In this document: positions 54,654 to 63,338 of the stretch, piece after piece
Layout of the letters: each line of letters begins with the position of its first letter
Numbering within the stretch: position 1 is the stretch's first letter
Assembly (NCBI GenBank): GCA_016342645.1
Contig: JAEINX010000005.1
Span: 1-63,338 of the forward strand
Direction of reading: 5' to 3'
Origin: Bacteroidales bacterium
GTDB lineage: Bacteria; Bacteroidota; Bacteroidia; Bacteroidales; JAEINX01
DNA: 63,338 nt
Program-made: the position numbers and the translations under genes
The notes under the pieces: generated by a model
What the model was told of the DNA's origin: nothing
Databases searched by the model: none
Seen by the model: only the letters and a program-made list of their open reading frames with translations

Positions 54654-57491
54654 ATGAGCAAATGCCTAAATGAAAAATACCTCGAAGTATTCGGTGCAAG
54701 GGTTCACAACCTGAAAAATATCGACTTGATTATTCCAAGAGATAAATTGGTTGTAATAACAGGGTTAAGCGGAAGCGGAAAATCTTCTCTCGCATTCGAT
54801 ACCATTTATGCTGAAGGCCAACGCAGATACATGGAAACATTTTCGGCTTATGCACGTCATTTTCTCGGTAATCTTGAACGCCCCGATGTTGATAAAATCT
54901 CGGGACTTAGCCCCGTAATTTCTATTGAACAAAAATCAATAAGTAAAAATCCACGTTCAACAGTTGGGACAATTACTGAAATTTATGATTTTCTTCGTCT
55001 TCTTTTTGCACGTGTTTCCGAAGCATATTCTTATGTTAGTGGCGAAAAAATGGTTAAATACACCGAAAAAAAAATTACCGATTTAATTATTGAAAAATTC
55101 TCAGATCAAAATATTATTATCCTTGCTCCGATTGTAAAAGGACGAAAAGGCCATTACAGAGAACTATTTGAGCAAATCCGAAAACAAGGTTTTTTAAGGG
55201 TAAGAATTGATGGGAAAATCAGAGAAATTTCATTCGGATTACAATTAGACAGATATAAAGTTCACGACATTGAAGTTGTTGTTGATAGAATTAAAGTGTC
55301 GGAAGATTCTTTAACGAGATTAAATAAGTCGATTCAAACTGCACTGAAACAGGGTAAAGATACTCTAATGATAATCAATCATGAAACAGGTGAGTTAAGG
55401 CATTTCAGCCGTAAGTTGATGTGCCCCATAAGCGGTATTTCTTACGATGAACCCGAACCAAATACTTTCTCGTTCAATTCACCTTACGGGGCTTGTCAGA
55501 ATTGCAAAGGTTTAGGGGTAATCTCCGAAGTTGATTACGAAAAAATTATCCCTGATGATTCATTATCAATTAAAAAAGGAGGCATTGCTCCTTTGGGTGA
55601 ATATAAAAGCAACTGGATTTTCGGTCAGATGGAAGCCATCGGCCAAAAGTATAAATTTGATTTGAATACTCCAATAAAAGATATCCCGGAAGATGCGATC
55701 ACAACCATTCTTTACGGTTCAAACGAAACTTTTCACGTTAAAAAAGAATATCTTGGAATAACTTCAACATATTCAATAAATTTTGAAGGAGTTGTAAATT
55801 TTATTATTTCTCAAAATAATGAGAATTCAACTAACGGAATTAAAAGATGGGCCAATAGTTTTATGAATAAAATTGAATGCCCCGAATGCAAAGGCAGTCG
55901 ATTGAAAAAAGAATCTTTATTTTTTAAAATTAACGGAAAAAATATTTCCGAACTTTCAAATCTTGACATTTCGCATCTTGATAAATGGTTTTCATCCGCA
56001 GAAAAAAGTTTTAGCGAAAACCAAAAAACCATCGCCCATGAAATTATTCGTGAAATAAGAACAAGAATTAGTTTTTTACTTGATGTTGGTGTTAACTATC
56101 TTACTTTAAATCGTAGTTCTCGGACTTTGTCGGGTGGTGAAGCCCAAAGGATAAGGTTGGCAACACAGATAGGGTCTCAATTGGTAGGTGTTTTATATAT
56201 CTTAGATGAGCCGAGTATCGGACTTCATCAAAGGGATAATCTAAGGTTGATTAAAGCATTGTCAAATTTACGTGATATCGGTAATTCGGTTATCGTAGTT
56301 GAGCACGATCAAGAAACAATTCTTTCAGCCGACCATGTTGTTGATATTGGCCCCGGGGCAGGAAGGCTTGGCGGGGAAATTGTTGCTCAGGGCACACCCG
56401 AAGAAATTAAAAACAGTAATACAATTACGGGTGATTATTTAAGCGGGAAAAAAGCAATCACAATTCCAGACGTCAGAAGAAACGGAAATTCAAAACATAT
56501 AACACTTAAAGGAGCTAAAGGAAACAACCTTAAAAACATAAACCTAAAACTTCCTCTCGGGAAATTGGTTTGTGTAACGGGTGTTTCAGGTAGCGGAAAA
56601 TCATCCTTAATTAATTCAACTTTATATCCTGTTTTAAGCTCTCATTTTTATAATTCAGTAAAAAAACCTCTTAAATATAATTCAATTGAAGGCATTAAAA
56701 ACATCGATAAAGTTATTGAGATCAACCAATCGCCAATTGGTAGGACTCCACGGTCAAATCCGGCAACTTATACTAAAGTTTTTGATGAGATCAGAAAACT
56801 TTTTGTTTTGCTACCGGAATCAAAAATTCGCGGATACAAACCGGGCCGTTTTTCATTTAATGTAAAAGGTGGCAGATGTGAAACCTGCAAAGGTGCAGGT
56901 GTGAGAGTTATTGAAATGAATTTTCTGCCCGATGTTCAGGTTCATTGTGAAAGTTGCAACGGAAAACGCTATAATCGTGAAACCCTTGAGATACGATTTA
57001 AAGGGAAATCAATTAATGATGTCTTGAATATGACAATTAATCAAGCCGTTGATTTTTTTGAAAATATTCCGGCAATAATTCAGAAAATAAAAACTCTTAA
57101 AGACGTCGGGCTGGGTTATATCACACTCGGGCAACAATCAACAACACTCTCGGGGGGTGAGGCACAAAGAGTAAAATTAGCTTCCGAACTTTCAAAACGC
57201 GACACCGGAAAAACCCTGTATATTCTCGATGAACCCACAACCGGATTGCATTTTGAAGATGTTAAAGTTTTGCTTGATGTTTTAAATAAACTGGTTGACA
57301 AAGGAAATACTGTTTTGATTATCGAACATAATATGGAAGTTATTAAAGTAGCTGACTATATTATTGACCTTGGCCCCGATGGTGGCGACAAAGGTGGGAA
57401 AATAATAGTAGAAGGTAGTCCCGAAGAAATTATTAAAAATACCGAAAGCTATACTGCACAATATTTAAAAGAGGTAATCGGTAATCGGTAA
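54654..57491 (+). CDS. uvrA: excinuclease ABC subunit A
   Basis: GARVHNLKNI, GLSGSGKSSLAFDTIYAEGQRRY, zinc-finger Cys pairs and a second ABC module (GVSGSGKSSL, LYILDEPTTGLH). The start is ambiguous (54585, 54630 or 54654). The third is chosen from the typical UvrA N-terminal length. Confidence 0.9.
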   Translation: MSKCLNEKYLEVFGARVHNLKNIDLIIPRDKLVVITGLSGSGKSSLAFDTIYAEGQRRYMETFSAYARHFLGNLERPDVDKISGLSPVISIEQKSISKNPRSTVGTITEIYDFLRLLFARVSEAYSYVSGEKMVKYTEKKITDLIIEKFSDQNIIILAPIVKGRKGHYRELFEQIRKQGFLRVRIDGKIREISFGLQLDRYKVHDIEVVVDRIKVSEDSLTRLNKSIQTALKQGKDTLMIINHETGELRHFSRKLMCPISGISYDEPEPNTFSFNSPYGACQNCKGLGVISEVDYEKIIPDDSLSIKKGGIAPLGEYKSNWIFGQMEAIGQKYKFDLNTPIKDIPEDAITTILYGSNETFHVKKEYLGITSTYSINFEGVVNFIISQNNENSTNGIKRWANSFMNKIECPECKGSRLKKESLFFKINGKNISELSNLDISHLDKWFSSAEKSFSENQKTIAHEIIREIRTRISFLLDVGVNYLTLNRSSRTLSGGEAQRIRLATQIGSQLVGVLYILDEPSIGLHQRDNLRLIKALSNLRDIGNSVIVVEHDQETILSADHVVDIGPGAGRLGGEIVAQGTPEEIKNSNTITGDYLSGKKAITIPDVRRNGNSKHITLKGAKGNNLKNINLKLPLGKLVCVTGVSGSGKSSLINSTLYPVLSSHFYNSVKKPLKYNSIEGIKNIDKVIEINQSPIGRTPRSNPATYTKVFDEIRKLFVLLPESKIRGYKPGRFSFNVKGGRCETCKGAGVRVIEMNFLPDVQVHCESCNGKRYNRETLEIRFKGKSINDVLNMTINQAVDFFENIPAIIQKIKTLKDVGLGYITLGQQSTTLSGGEAQRVKLASELSKRDTGKTLYILDEPTTGLHFEDVKVLLDVLNKLVDKGNTVLIIEHNMEVIKVADYIIDLGPDGGDKGGKIIVEGSPEEIIKNTESYTAQYLKEVIGNR

Positions 57492-57580
57492 ATGGGTATT
57501 GGTTAATTTTTGATTATTTTCCCGCTGATATCGCTGATAAACGCAAATTTAATTCTGCGATATCTGAGGGAAATAATAAA

Positions 57581-57946
57581 ACAACAATTCTATAAGCGGG
57601 ATTCTGTATCCTGCAAAAGCAGGATTTCTATCATTTATCTAGTCTTGACATCGCTGCCAAGATCAATCGGCCTACCCCCCGGAAATTGACGAGCAGCCTT
57701 TTTATCCGGTGTACATGGCCTTTCAACCCATAAGGTTTACCCTTCAAACCGGTCGCCCGGCCTGAACGTGAGCTCTTACCTCACATTTTCACCCTTACCC
57801 CGATAGCTATCGGGGCGGTTATTTTCTGTGGCACTATCTGTTACCTCGTCTTTCCGAGGCACCTTCCCGTTAGGAAGTATGGTGCTCTGTGTTGTCCCGA
57901 CTTTCCTCTCCGGCATTAAACCGCAGCGATAGAACAAACTGTTGTT
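57581..57946 (-). ncRNA. rnpB: RNase P RNA, bacterial type A
   Basis: The minus strand reads GAGAGGAAAGTCGGGAC (P4 5' strand), GGGTAAGGGTGAAAATGTGAGGTAAGAGCTCACG (P10-12 region) and ACAGAATCCCGCTTAT (P4 3' strand). The terminal ACAACA/TGTTGT and TTCTAT/ATAGAA can form P1. Confidence 0.85.
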
Positions 57947-58130
57947 ATTTTTTGCAAAGGTAATATTTGGGATTGATAATTCAAGCAATGATAATATATT
58001 TTGTGGTTTATTTAATATTATTAGTCTAAATATTAATAATATATTTGGAATAATGGAAAGAATAAACTTGACTTTGCAATAATTGAATAGGAAGTTTATA
58101 GATATTCCAATATAATTGAACAGCCCCGGA

Positions 58131-58464
58131 TCGACGATAGTGAAATTGAGGCTACAATAAAGAATATGTATCTTACATTTCCATAATTATATCTTACAGA
58201 GAAGAAATTGAGACTTACAGTGAAAAAATCGTATCTTACACTGACATAATTACAGCTTACAGTGAAAAAATCGTATCTTACACTGACATAATTACAGCTT
58301 ACAGTGAAATAATCGTGTCTTGCAGTAAAATAATTGTATCTTACACTATCATAATTGCGTCTTACAATGTCATAATTATAGCTTTCAGTGAAATAATGAT
58401 GTCTTACAGTGAACAAACTATATCTTACAATAATGAAATTGTGTCTTGCAGTTGAGAAATAATG
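58131..58464. repeat. 21-bp tandem repeat array (about 16 units, TCTTACAGTGAAAWAATYRYR) with a 42-bp higher-order alternation
   Basis: Units can be read directly. Two subtypes alternate (..acaGTGAAAaaat.. and ..acaCTGACATAATT..), including two identical 42-bp doublets. Confidence 0.85.
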
Positions 58465-58904
58465 TATTGAATCGGATTAAAAGGCTAAGGGCTAAAGTAA
58501 AAAGGATGGCCATGCTTGGATTAGGAAGGGAAAAATAATCCATTTTTTGGCTATATTTGGTTTTGAATATATGTTTAACAGAAGTGTTTTTTTTATGCAG
58601 GTTTATATTTCCGAAAGAAGCAAACATTGCAAATATTTTGGATTATCGGCAAATCCTAAACTTTAAAGCCTATTGGCATAATAAGCGGTTTTCATGCGAG
58701 TTAATTCAACATGATTAAGAGATGAGATTAGAAAAAATTAAAGTGTTTTTGGGGGCTCAACTGAGCCTTTAAATCTAAAATGTTAGCGCATAGCCATTTT
58801 TTCATACTTGGAATATTTCTGATTAACCAAACTAATATTCGATTTTACATAATCTGTCACAGTGCCATTATTAATGAAAGAGGTGCTTTATAAATTCACT
58901 TAAT

Positions 58905-59138
58905 TCAGATATTTATAGTCCCAATCGAAACCAAATTGATTATTTGTTTCATAATTTTATATTTCTGTTTGTCTCCAGCTTTTACAAGACAAATTGATAA
59001 ATTATCATCTGTGTCTAATATCCATGCATCTCCAGTCATTGTAGAAAACAGAATTAACTCATTTAATCGAACAATATGTCCAATATGTTTTTGTGCTTTG
59101 CTTATTATTTGTTCTATTTCTTTTTGAATTTCAATCAT
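58905..59138 (-). CDS. hypothetical protein (possibly a truncated or frameshifted remnant)
   Basis: 77-aa ORF with no recognisable motifs. A further open stretch continues downstream in another frame. Confidence 0.25.
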   Translation of the reverse strand: MIEIQKEIEQIISKAQKHIGHIVRLNELILFSTMTGDAWILDTDDNLSICLVKAGDKQKYKIMKQIINLVSIGTINI

Positions 59139-59287
59139 GTCCGTTTATATTTATTGTTGGTTAAATTAGTGAAATATTTTATTCTCCTTAAAGTTTGGTT
59201 AAAAGGTACATTATGGCTTTGCGCTAACGGTTTGGCTATGCATATTGCGGGATTTTGAAACGATTAACTTTCATTTTTCCACCTACT

Positions 59288-60208
59288 TTATTTTATTGCA
59301 TAAACTTTTGATTTATTTACTAACCCCGTATTACGTATAGCCTTTGTTCTCGGCAGTATTTCGTTAATTTCGTCAAATAATGTTCTTTCTTTTTCCGCTG
59401 ATTTTTCAATTAATTCATAGTTGCTGATAAATAATTCTTTCCCGTTTTGATTACTACTCTCATTTACATTTCGCATGCCATAGGTCAAACTCCATTCGTT
59501 AATATATGCAAATGAAAACAACTCTCTAATGTATTCACTGTCATCATATGTGATTAACCATTTATGATTTGTGTTTTTTAAAACATTAGCAAATCTTTCG
59601 TGGTCAAATGTTTTGTGCATATTCCCATTTTTTCCATATAATGCTGATTTTGTCGCAGAGTAATAAGGTGGGTCAAGAAAGATAAATACATTTTCTCCTT
59701 CTTTCTCAATTACTTTTTGATAATCATAATTTGTAATGATTGTGTCATTTAAAATCGATGAAAGAAGTTTTACTCTGTCTATACTTGAAATCGTAAATCG
59801 CTTTTCAAATGCAGCTTTTGAAAAACCGCCACTTTCTGTTGTTCCAGAAAAAGTAATTCTATTAAACACAAAAAATGCAGATGCCTTTTTCAATTTATCA
59901 AATGTGTCAATATTATCCAATAAATACCTATGTAATTCTTTTCCGTTATTAAAATCATTTCGCCAATTAAAAACTTGTTTAATTAATTCATCAAGATTTT
60001 CTTGTGTTTGATTCCAAAAATGATACAAGTTAGGATATAAATCATTTATCCAATAAGTTCTATTTGGATATTTTTGTTTTAGATATACAAAAACTGAACC
60101 ACCACCAACAAAAGGTTCTCTAAATTCTTCAAATTCAGGAATAATTGGTGAAATAATTTTTACTGCTCTACTTTTGCCACCAGGGTATCTTAAAGGACTT
60201 TTTATCAT
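59288..60208 (-). CDS. D12-class (Dam-like, alpha-type) N6-adenine DNA methyltransferase
   Basis: SPLRYPGGKSR, EPFVGGGSV and IFLDPPYY. The ATG immediately follows the upstream stop (TAAATG). Confidence 0.85.
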   Translation of the reverse strand: MIKSPLRYPGGKSRAVKIISPIIPEFEEFREPFVGGGSVFVYLKQKYPNRTYWINDLYPNLYHFWNQTQENLDELIKQVFNWRNDFNNGKELHRYLLDNIDTFDKLKKASAFFVFNRITFSGTTESGGFSKAAFEKRFTISSIDRVKLLSSILNDTIITNYDYQKVIEKEGENVFIFLDPPYYSATKSALYGKNGNMHKTFDHERFANVLKNTNHKWLITYDDSEYIRELFSFAYINEWSLTYGMRNVNESSNQNGKELFISNYELIEKSAEKERTLFDEINEILPRTKAIRNTGLVNKSKVYAIK

Positions 60209-61309
60209 TTATTCAGCTTTTTCAATGTTAATAAGTAAATTGTTTTCTTTTGCTTCGATAAGCAGATTTTCAATTATTGATTTTTGCTTTTTTGAGAATG
60301 GTTGTTTTGAAATAAAACTACTAATTTTATCGGTATTGTCGGATGATAAAATACTACCTTTTAGTTTTGTTGAAGTCAGCTTGATGACAGGTATTGGATT
60401 ATATTCAACATCATCAACTCTCACTTCTTTTAAATTTGTGTATAAAATCATTTTAAGTAATCCATCTTTAATATCACCAATACTAGGCAGTAATGAATTT
60501 TTAGAATGCTTGCCTTCAATAAGATAAATGTTTTTACCTTCAATTTTTATTTCATCAGTCGTAAAATAATATTTCCCACCCAAATAATTTTCAATTGTAA
60601 TTGTTGCTTTTGTAAGTGTTGATAAGGCTTCTTTCGGTTGAATTGTTTGCAATTCACGATTTTGTGCATCTTTTGCTTTCTGTCGTGATGTATCCATAAA
60701 GTTTTTAACTCCGTTTATGAATTGATTAGCAAACCTATCAATCCCTTGCTCATTGTGAAATTCAACATTCAAATGTTTACCAATTTTTTTATATGAAGAT
60801 TTTACTTTTTGAATTAATTCGGGAAATGAATACTCAATTTCTTTTAAATTCCAATGTAATGCTGAACTGTGATAACTTTTTATTTCTTTGATTTTTGATT
60901 TAACCAAAGCATTGTCAAACTGTTGGTTCGTAATTTTATTTTCTCTTGTTGAGTGTTTATCAGCATTTTCATAGTATGCAAAAACTACAAAAACATCAAG
61001 TAAACTCATTAATGAGACAGTGTCCCATTGTATAAAATCTCTATCGCCACGTTTTCCTTCATCTTTTATGATTGGGATTACCGTTATCTTTTTAGAATTA
61101 CCAAGTGTGTTGTATATTCTTTCGTATGGATAAGAACGTGTTCTTTTAGGGGTAACCCATTTAGATATTCCAAAAGAAAAACTACCGTCTTTTACAATAG
61201 AACTTGCAGGAAAATTATTAATATTAAAATCTTTAATATCAAATTCTTTTAATTCACTTGTCAATTTACTTTGGTATTCAATACCAGTTATTTTAGCTTT
61301 AATTTCCAT
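60209..61309 (-). CDS. candidate restriction endonuclease of the two-methylase operon
   Basis: Sandwiched between two methylase genes and translationally coupled to both. A possible PD-(D/E)xK-like element in the C-terminal part (TTDE...IYLIEGKHSK). No family recognised by eye. Confidence 0.4.
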   Translation of the reverse strand: MEIKAKITGIEYQSKLTSELKEFDIKDFNINNFPASSIVKDGSFSFGISKWVTPKRTRSYPYERIYNTLGNSKKITVIPIIKDEGKRGDRDFIQWDTVSLMSLLDVFVVFAYYENADKHSTRENKITNQQFDNALVKSKIKEIKSYHSSALHWNLKEIEYSFPELIQKVKSSYKKIGKHLNVEFHNEQGIDRFANQFINGVKNFMDTSRQKAKDAQNRELQTIQPKEALSTLTKATITIENYLGGKYYFTTDEIKIEGKNIYLIEGKHSKNSLLPSIGDIKDGLLKMILYTNLKEVRVDDVEYNPIPVIKLTSTKLKGSILSSDNTDKISSFISKQPFSKKQKSIIENLLIEAKENNLLINIEKAE

Positions 61310-62171
61310 TCTTCTTTCTCTCAATAAAATCTAATGTTACAAATCTGTATTTTCCTGTCCCTCGTTCAATAACTTGAAAGATATTATTATCAACTTCATT
61401 TTCAAAGTCAGTCTTTATACGTATCACATTTTCTAAATCTCTAATAATTTCAAAACCAACAGAATTTCTTTCTAATTTTTTCGCAACTTTCATAGTTGTT
61501 CCACTACCAAGGAAAGGGTCTAATATGGTTTCACCCTTGTAGGAAAACAATTTTATTAGTCTATATGCAAGTTCGTCAGGAAATGCAGCAACTCCTTTTT
61601 CAAGTTTTGAGCCAGGCAAAACATTTGTAATTTCCCAAATTGTTTTATACCAACCATTATCTTGAAATTCTTTGGTGTCAATTTTAGATTTCTGTCTAAT
61701 CTCTTTACTTATTGAGTAATAATTAAATTTACCTTTTTGAAATATGATTATACTTTCTAATAAATTATCAGGATAAAAATACATCGGATATGGATTTTTT
61801 AATAAAACTCCGCTTCTCCTACTAATTCTCAAATAACCATCTGGCTTTTTCCATATAATTTTATCTCTATATCTAAAACCTTCGTTTTGAAATATCTTAA
61901 TTGCATCTGCTGTTATTGGATATTTCACACCATTTACAAGCATATCATCAATGTTTAAAACTGCAATTCGTCCATCTTGTAAAACCCTATACGTTTCTGA
62001 TGCAAATTTTTCTAACATTCCGAGATAGCTATCATAATTTCTGAAAAATCCATCATAATCAAAAGGAGCGTTAAAATATGGTGGTGAAGTTACCATCAGA
62101 TGACATAAACTGTCAGGTAATTCTTCCATACTCATACAGTTTCCAAATATTACTTTATGTTTAGTATTCAT
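61299..62171 (-). CDS. beta-class N4/N6 DNA methyltransferase (motif IV = SPPY)
   Basis: LMVTSPPYFNAP (motif IV) precedes DPFLGSGTT (motif I), which is the beta-class order. 290 aa. Confidence 0.85.
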   Translation of the reverse strand: MNTKHKVIFGNCMSMEELPDSLCHLMVTSPPYFNAPFDYDGFFRNYDSYLGMLEKFASETYRVLQDGRIAVLNIDDMLVNGVKYPITADAIKIFQNEGFRYRDKIIWKKPDGYLRISRRSGVLLKNPYPMYFYPDNLLESIIIFQKGKFNYYSISKEIRQKSKIDTKEFQDNGWYKTIWEITNVLPGSKLEKGVAAFPDELAYRLIKLFSYKGETILDPFLGSGTTMKVAKKLERNSVGFEIIRDLENVIRIKTDFENEVDNNIFQVIERGTGKYRFVTLDFIERKKNGN

Positions 62172-62360
62172 AATTGCAAAATTACCTTGATTTTTTCATA
62201 GTTTGGAATTTCTTTCAACCTTTCTCTTATATTGCCGAGAACTCTCAAATAACCACACCCCTATTGCGTATATCCGCCCGATTTGGGATGCTATAGCACA
62301 TTAATAGTGTTTATTTCTCCATTGTCCTTTATTTTCTTATATAAATTGCCTTTATTATTA

Positions 62361-62529
62361 GTTCGTTGTTCAAAGATTTCCCGAAAAATAATTAATCTTA
62401 TTTCAATTTCTTGAGTTTCTTTTCTGCTTTTTTTTCTTTTGGAGTTTTAGCCGGTGCTTTTTTTACGTTTTTCTTTGCGTCTTTACCTTTTGCCATAATA
62501 TTATAAATTTAAGTGTTCAACAAAAGTAA
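62361..62529. repeat. copy 1 of a ~170-bp direct repeat carrying a small Lys-rich ORF
   Basis: Near-identical to 63171-63338, read directly. Confidence 0.85.
62398..62496 (-). CDS. 32-aa lysine-rich small protein candidate (MAKGKDAKKNVKKAPAKTPKEKKAEKKLKKLK)
   Basis: ATG-to-TAA ORF inside the duplicated segment. It is conserved in the second copy up to a homopolymer tract. No RBS assessment is possible. Confidence 0.35.
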   Translation of the reverse strand: MAKGKDAKKNVKKAPAKTPKEKKAEKKLKKLK

Positions 62530-62578
62530 CAAAAAATAATATCGAATACCGAACAAGCCAGTCTGTAATTATGCCTTG

Positions 62579-63136
62579 TTATTTTTGATTCATTTCTTTT
62601 ACTTTTTCTCTTTGTTGTGCCAATGTTTCTACATTGTATTCTTTTCTAACAGAATCAGTAATTTTAGTTGAATCGAGTTTATATAATTCCCAAGGTTCAT
62701 CTCCCATTTTCAAATATTGAGTACCATAAATTTGAGGTTGGTTTCTTCTCATTAAATCTCTGTCTATTGCAGCAGCTAATAACCACTTATCTGCGGTTGA
62801 ATCTAATTCAATAGACTTTCTCATTAATTTTACTGCCATACCGGAAGCGAAAGTATCAAGTCCGTGTTGAAAAATCATAGCAGCATTGTAATAATCAATT
62901 GATGTTCGAACTTTATTCGAGTCTAAGAGTTGTTTAACTCTGATTTGCCGCAAACTATCTTGGACTAATAAGATTTCCCAGTCAATATTTTCACTTTGTC
63001 TTTCGGATTGGTCTTTTTGGTATATCTGTAAAAGTTCAAGATTATCTGTGATTTTTTCTGACACATGATTTTTATTTTTTTCACGATTACAGGAAACCAC
63101 TCCAAGAACGAGAATCAATAAAACTATTTTTTTCAT
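62579..63136 (-). CDS. hypothetical lipoprotein
   Basis: MKKIVLLILVLGVVSC lipobox at the internal start. Helical body with no recognised motif. Confidence 0.5.
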   Translation of the reverse strand: MKKIVLLILVLGVVSCNREKNKNHVSEKITDNLELLQIYQKDQSERQSENIDWEILLVQDSLRQIRVKQLLDSNKVRTSIDYYNAAMIFQHGLDTFASGMAVKLMRKSIELDSTADKWLLAAAIDRDLMRRNQPQIYGTQYLKMGDEPWELYKLDSTKITDSVRKEYNVETLAQQREKVKEMNQK

Positions 63137-63170
63137 TTTGTGTATTCCATTTAATCGCATGTTTTATAAA

Positions 63171-63338
63171 TTCGTTATACAAAGTTTTCACGAAAAATAA
63201 TTAATCTCATTTCAATTTCTTGAGTTTCTTTTCTGCTTTTTTTTCTTTTGGAGTTTTAGCAGGTGCTTTTTTATTGCTTTTTTTTGCGTCTTTACCTTTT
63301 GCCATGATATTATAAATTTAAATGTTCAACAAAAGTAA
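63171..63338. repeat. copy 2 of the ~170-bp direct repeat (runs to the window edge)
   Basis: Aligns with 62361-62529. Differences are a few substitutions and a T8 versus T9 homopolymer. Confidence 0.85.
63174..63305 (-). CDS. second copy of the Lys-rich small ORF with an altered C-terminus (A9 instead of A8 tract)
   Basis: Same first 23 codons. One extra A in the homopolymer shifts the frame, giving a 43-aa product ending ...SRKETQEIEMRLIIFRENFV. Confidence 0.25.

Noticed and set aside
54585-54677. Long N-terminal extension of uvrA with a 24-nt near-duplication (atgagtaaatgtgtgaatgataaa / atgagcaaatgcctaaatgaaaaa, giving MSKCVNDK/MSKCLNEK).
   Set aside because: Most likely start-site ambiguity plus a small local duplication. 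The extension would overlap the end of the transglycosylase gene. The third ATG (54654) is used, and no function is inferred.
58096-58416. 106-aa minus-strand ORF over the AT-rich 21-bp array.
   Set aside because: The composition (Y/N/F/V/S/R heptads) simply mirrors the repeat. There is no start context, and other frames are similarly repetitive.

Overview
AT-rich chromosomal segment, most likely from a member of Bacteroidota. Supporting evidence: T9SS type A and type B C-terminal sorting domains, a FISUMP domain, TAnnTTTG-type promoters, a type A RNase P RNA and a ruvX-def pair. Housekeeping genes are: ftcD, def, ruvX, an acyl-CoA ligase, a GT2 glycosyltransferase, an S41 protease, a LolE-like permease, rnfBCDGEA, a DEAD-box helicase, a fused LeuC/LeuD-like aconitase, an M19 dipeptidase, glmM, rfbC, a lytic transglycosylase, uvrA and rnpB. 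These are interrupted by many small accessory modules. (1) A split ABC-ATPase plus Toprim/DUF4276-like pair at the left edge. (2) A Dam-like methylase coupled to a ParB-fold protein, next to an AlbA_2/Schlafen-type regulator. (3) A HEPN-MNT pair. (4) An XRE-Panacea antitoxin plus a RelE-like toxin. (5) A stand-alone 451-aa protein with a C-terminal Rx4H HEPN motif. (6) A ParE-type toxin-antitoxin pair. (7) A three-gene restriction-modification operon with two different methylases. The largest block is three ~1054-aa paralogs of a C25 (gingipain)-like T9SS cargo protein. In all three, the expected catalytic His position reads Glu, and each is preceded by the same TGCAAC-N16-TGTCT motif. They share an unassigned repeat module with a neighbouring FISUMP protein. 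The window is also rich in GC-rich repeats. These include a RAYT-like HUH transposase whose candidate palindromic REP sits in-frame inside two coding sequences, a dispersed ~47-bp repeat family at junctions between core and accessory genes, two 21-bp tandem arrays and one 12-bp tandem array. A ~170-bp duplication carries a tiny Lys-rich ORF. No CRISPR array, tRNA, rRNA or prophage was seen. All functional calls come from motif recognition by eye. No searches were run.
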